Shown here: piece by piece, positions 63,444-64,000 of the stretch
Layout of the letters: every line of letters starts with the position of its first letter
Position numbering within the stretch: the first letter of the stretch is position 1
Assembly: GCA_002104905.1 (NCBI GenBank)
Contig: MCFE01000148.1
Coordinates: 90,423-154,422 of the forward strand
DNA length: 64,000 nt
Direction: 5' to 3'
Source: Basidiobolus meristosporus CBS 931.73
Lineage: Eukaryota > Fungi > Basidiobolomycota
Notes under the pieces: model-generated
Database searches by the model: none
Seen by the model: the letters and a program-made list of their open reading frames with translations, nothing else
What the model was told of the DNA's origin: nothing
Position numbers and translations under genes: made by a program

Positions 63444-63447
63444 AGGG

Positions 63448-63655
63448 TTAGGGGGGGAGGAAAGTCACCAAGTGGTGAAATCTTTATTTACTTATGACAA
63501 GTATCTAAAGAAGCTAAGTTAATCTGAAGTTATTCCTAGAAAGCTAGGTTTGAGAGATATCTTCCTGGTAAGCCAGGTCTGAGAGTTGAGAAGCTGAGTG
63601 GTACTATAGTTCCTAGTTAGCTAGGTCTGAGAGTGGTTTCCTGGAAAGCCAGGCC
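63448..63655 (-). mobile_element. Telomere-associated unit C1 (non-coding, hairpin array)
   Basis: TTA(G)7 junction, the shared 3' hairpin and AATAAA, and four CCT(A/G)G-NNAG-C(T/C)AGG hairpins. Confidence 0.7.
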
Positions 63656-63767
63656 TTAGGGTTAGGGGGGGGGGAGGAAAGTCACCAAGTGGTGAAATCT
63701 TTATTTACTTATGACAAGTATCTAAAGAAGCCAAGTTAATCTGAAGTAATTCCTAGAAAGCTAGGTC
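63656..63767 (-). mobile_element. Telomere-associated unit C2 (short copy of C1 capped by the telomere)
   Basis: TTAGGGTTA(G)10 junction. It is near-identical to 63448-63550 and is followed directly by (TTAGGG)n. Confidence 0.72.
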
Positions 63768-64000
63768 TTAGGGTTAGGGTTAGGGTTAGGGTTAGGGTTA
63801 GGGTTAGGGTTAGGGTTAGGGTTAGGGTTAGGGTTAGGGTTAGGGTTAGGGTTAGGGTTAGGGTTAGGGTTAGGGTTAGGGTTAGGGTTAGGGTTAGGGT
63901 TAGGGTTAGGGTTAGGGTTAGGGTTAGGGTTAGGGTTAGGGTTAGGGTTAGGGTTAGGGTTAGGGTTAGGGTTAGGGTTAGGGTTAGGGTTAGGGTTAGG
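63768..64000 (+). repeat. Telomere, (TTAGGG)n, 38 full repeats plus a partial
   Basis: Perfect TTAGGG array running to the end of the window with the G-rich strand outward, so this is a right chromosome end. Confidence 0.99.

Noticed and set aside
63535-63653. CRISPR-like palindromic repeats with spacers
   Set aside because: The context is a eukaryotic telomere, the spacers are short and irregular (14-34 nt), and there are no cas genes.

Overview
This is the terminal 64 kb of a eukaryotic chromosome arm. It is almost certainly fungal, and an intron-rich early-diverging lineage is my inference. It ends in about 39 TTAGGG repeats (63768-64000). There are three zones. (1) 1-28.9 kb is a CpG-depleted stack of nested Ty3/Gypsy and Ty1/Copia LTR retrotransposons plus two copies of a PIF/Harbinger-superfamily (PHIS, Pangu-like) DNA transposon. 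(2) About 28.9-48 kb is a CpG-normal gene island with ALKBH6, SDS23, a small ORF, a micro-exon MADS-box gene missed by the ORF track, and two tandem intronless Hal/Npr-type kinases. (3) 48.6-64 kb is a subtelomere with many Copia LTRs, a near-intact Copia and, most notably, a tandem array of four 5'-truncated, identically oriented telomere-attached retroelement-like units. Each unit starts at TTA(G)n, carries a conserved TCACC-N4/5-GGTGA hairpin and AATAAA, and is capped by TTAGGG. Two units encode homologous but diverged C-terminal ORF ends. One of these (164 aa) appears only after excising a nested Copia and has a non-LTR-like post-RT motif. The other two units are non-coding and carry a covarying hairpin array. 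All calls were made by eye with no database searches.
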